Notes under the pieces: generated by a model
The model's database searches: none
The model's input: only the letters and a program-made list of their open reading frames with translations
What the model was told of the DNA's origin: nothing
In this document: piece by piece, positions 60,405-64,000 of the stretch
Layout: each line of letters starts with the position of its first letter
Position numbering within the stretch: the stretch's first letter is position 1
Source: the human T2T-CHM13v2.0 reference genome, Homo sapiens
Direction: 5' to 3' (one strand)
DNA: 64,000 nt
NCBI RefSeq assembly: GCF_009914755.1
Contig: NC_060928.1
Made by a program: the position numbers and the translations under genes

Positions 60405-63400
60405 GGAGAGAGGCGGATGATCATGGCAGACGGGATGCAGGATTAGATTGCAGCTCCGGACAGAGCGAGCAGGGGCTTGCATTGTGAATTTTAGCTCCAG
60501 ATCTACTGCAAGAACAAACCAGCAATCCCAAGAGGACTCACAGACCCTCTGAAGGAAGCGGACTGTTCCTGCAGGACCTGGGAGAGTCCCCCCCAAACTG
60601 TGAGTGCCCCAACTATGGAAGTGGTAAAGGGAGACCCTCCTCTCCTAAACACACACCCCCATTGGAGAAGCTGAAGGTCTGTTTGCAGAAGTTTCCAACT
60701 TTACCTGCAGCTGAGTCAGTTTGGAGAGCTGAGCAAAATTCAGGGGTAGAAGAAGCAGCAGAAAGGCCCTGGGAGCTCGCTGGTTCCCCTAGCAGGCCAT
60801 TCCTGCCTGGCATCACAGGGATCCAACGGGAGAGGAGCAGGGGGAGAACTACACAGGGACAAGGAAATCTCTAGGTGAACTTTGTAACAATTTGAACGGG
60901 GTGAGAAGCCTCCTGGCCAGAACCCGGGGAGGGAGCAAATCCAGTGAGCAGAACTCCACAGGCAGGGAAAGAACCAAGCCCCTTTCTTTCGCAGCTGGGA
61001 GGCAGATAGCCTGGGGCAGGTTTTCAAGCCTGTGTGGTTCTCCACCTGGAAATGGTCTGGGGCTGTTGTGGGGGGCATGGTGAAAGTGAGAACTGCCCTT
61101 CAGTTTGCGTGGGAGCTGGCTGAGGCCTGTGACTGCCGGCTTTCCCCCTCTTCCCTGACAACCTGTATGACTAGAGGCAGCCATAATCTTCCTAGGTGCA
61201 CAACTCCAGTGACCTGGGAACCTCACTCCCATTCCCCACAGCAGCTGCTGCAAGACCCACCCAAGGAAAGTCTGAGCTTTGACACACCTAGCCCCTCCCT
61301 CACATGATGGGCCTTCCCTACCTACCCTGGTAGTGGAAGACAAAGGGCATATAATCTTGGGGGTTCTAGGACCCTGCCCACTGCTGGTTCCTCCCCATAC
61401 TACCACAGCTGATGCTCTCTGGAAAGTGTGACCTCCTAGCAGGAGATCAACCAGCACAAAAACAGAGCATTAAACCACCAAAGCTAAGGACCCTCATGGA
61501 GTCCATTGCACCCCCCACCACTTCCAACGGAACAGGAACTGCTATCCATGGCTGAGAGACCCATAGATGGTTCACATGACAGGACTCTGTGCAGAAAACC
61601 CCCAGTACCAGCCTAGAGCCTGGTAGACTTGCTGGGTGGCTAGATCCAGAAGGGAGAACACAATCACTGTAGTTCGGCTCACAGAAGCCACATCCATAGT
61701 AAAAGGCAGAGAGTACTACATCAAGGGAACACCCTGTGGGACAAAAGAATCTGAACAGCAGCCTTCAGCCCTAGACCTTCCCTCTGACAGAGGCTACCCA
61801 AATGAGAAGGAACCAGAAAACCAACCCTGGTAATATGACAAAACAAAGCTCTTCAACACCCCCCAAAAATCACACTAGTTCATCAGCAATGGGTCCAAAC
61901 CAAGAAGAAATCCCTGATTTACCTGAAAACGAATTCAAGAGGTTAGTTATTAAGCTAATCAGGGAGGGACCAGCGGAAGGCGAAGCCCAATGCAAGGAAA
62001 TCCAAAAAATGATACAAGAAGTAAAGGGAGAAATATTCAGGGAAATAGATAGCTTAGAGAAAAAACCATCAAAAATTCATGAAACTTTGTATACACTTTT
62101 AGAAATGTGAAATGCTCTGGAAAGTCTCAGCAACAGAATTGAACAAGTAGAAGAAAGAAATTTCTAGCTCAAAGACAATGTCTTCAAATTAACCCAATCC
62201 AACAAAGAAAAAAGAATAAGAAAATATGAACAAAGCCTCCAAGAAGTCTGGGATTATGTTAAATGAACAAACCTAAGAATAATCGGTGTTTCTTAGGAAG
62301 AAGAGAAATCCAAAAATTTAAAAAACATTTTTGGGGGAATAATCAAGGAAAACTTCCCCAGCCTCGCTAGAGACATAGACATCCAAATACCAGAAGCACA
62401 AAGAACACCTGAGAAAATCATTGCAAAAAGATCTTCACCTAGGCACATTGTCATCAGGTTATCCAAAGGTGAAGGAAATAATCTTAAGAGCTGTGAGACA
62501 GAAGCACCAGGTAACCTATAAAGAAAAACCTATCAGATTAACAGCAGATTTCTCAGCAGAAATCCTACAAGCTAGAAGGGATTGGGGGCCTATCTTCAGC
62601 CTCCTCAAACAAAGTAATTATCAGCCAAGAATTTTGTATCCAGCAAAAGTAAGCATCATATATGAAGGAAAGACACAGTCTTTTTCAGATGAACAAGTGC
62701 TGAGGGAATTTATCATTACCAAGCCACCACTACAGGAACTGCTAAAAGTACCTCTAAATCTTGAAACAAATCCTGGAAACACATCAAAACAGAACCTCTT
62801 TAAAGCATAAATCAGACAGGACCTATAAAACAAAAATACAAGTAAAAAAGCAAAAAACAAATAACCAAAAAAATCAAAGTACATAGGCAACAAAGTGCAC
62901 GATGACTGCAATAGTACTTCACATTTCAATACTTACATTGAATGTCAATGATCTAAATGCTCCACTTAAAAGATACAGAACCAGCTTCATCCATGTCCAA
63001 ACTAACACAAGAACAGAAAACCAAACACAGCATGTTCTCACTCATAAGTGGGAGTCGAACAATGAGAACACATGGACACAGCTGTGGGGGGCACATCACA
63101 CAACAGGGCCTGTCAGGGGGTGGGGGCCTGGAGGAGGGATGGCATTAGGAGAAATACCTAATGTAGATGATGGGTTGATGGGTGCCCCAAACCATGGCAT
63201 GTGTATACCCATGTAACAAATCTGCATGTTCTGCACATGTACCCCAGAACTTAAATTATATATATATATATGATACAGAACCGCAGAATGGATAAGAACT
63301 TACCAACCAACTATCTGCTGCATTCGGGAGACTCAGCTAGCACATAAAGACTCACATAACTTAGAGTAAAGGGGTGGAAAAGGACATTTCATGCAAACGG

Positions 63401-64000
63401 ACACCAAAAGCGAGCAGGAGTAGCTAATTCTTATATGAGACAAAACAAATTTTAAAGCAACAGCCGTTAGAAGCGACAAAGAGAGACATTATATAGTGGT
63501 AAAAGGCCTTGTCCAACAGGAAAATATCACAATCTTTAACATATATGCACCTAACACTGGAGCTCCCAAATTTATAAAGCAATTACTAATAGACCTAAGG
63601 AATGAGGTAGACAGAAACACAATAATAGTGAAGGACTTCAATACTCCACTGATGGCAACAGACAGGTAATGAAGACAGAAAGTCAACAAAGAAACAATGG
63701 ATTTAAACTATACCTTGGAACAAATGGACTTAACAGATATATACAGAACACTGTATCCAGCAATAGCAGAATACACATTCTATTCAACAGCACATGAAAC
63801 TTTCTCCAAGATACATCATATGATAGGCCATAAAATGAGCCTGAATAAATTTAAGGAAATTGAAATTATATCAAGCACTCTTTCAGACCATAGTAGAATA
63901 AAACTGGAAATCAACTCCCAAAGGAACCTTCAAAACCATGCAAATACATGGAAATTAAATAACCTGCTCCTGAATGAGCATTGGGTCAAAAACAAAATCA
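60405..64000 (+). mobile_element. L1PB (L1PBa/L1PB1-type) 5' portion: 5'UTR, decayed ORF1 (~61802-62810) and ORF2 start (62902), running off the window
   Basis: ORF1 fragment MRRNQKTNPGNMTKQSSSTPPKNHTSS...EEIPDLPENEFKRLVIKLIRE is L1PB type; ORF2 begins MTAIVLHISILTLNVN; TT/AAAAA endonuclease-like site at 60391-60397. Confidence 0.88.
62983..63271 (+). mobile_element. Short 5'-truncated L1PA (L1PA7/8-like) 3' end nested in L1PB ORF2, with a tiny 5' inversion
   Basis: TSD gatacagaacc (62972-62982 / 63272-63282) after a TT/AAAA site; L1PA 3'UTR; (TA)n-converted tail. Confidence 0.88.

Noticed and set aside
60357-61457. Several 60-200-aa ORFs on both strands
   Set aside because: They lie in the GC-rich L1PB 5'UTR and show no recognisable protein similarity.

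Overview
Human genomic DNA: an AluYb9, a human-specific subfamily, is present. The window matches the FREM3 locus (FRAS1-related extracellular matrix 3, minus strand). It holds two canonical GT-AG coding exons (147 bp at 4865-5011 and 231 bp at 1359-1589, Calx-beta region), and the remaining ~59 kb looks like one repeat-rich intron. The intron contains a full-length L1PA3/4 with an apparent 21-nt 3' transduction, a near-full-length 5'-inverted (twin-primed) L1PA4/5, an L1PB with a nested micro-inverted L1PA fragment, a complete THE1/MST element inside an AluJ, a decayed ERV env plus LTR, a MER51-type LTR, and many Alu, L2, MIR and hAT fragments. Most notable: the inversion in the second L1, together with a 20-bp junction duplication, fuses antisense-promoter ORF0 in frame to the complete ORF1p C-terminal domain (open 220-aa ORF, 51041-51703), placed 63 nt upstream of ORF2. 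The two inverted L1PA copies also share several non-consensus substitutions, which suggests gene conversion. Subfamily names and consensus comparisons are from recalled sequences and need RepeatMasker/Dfam confirmation. There is no prokaryotic content.
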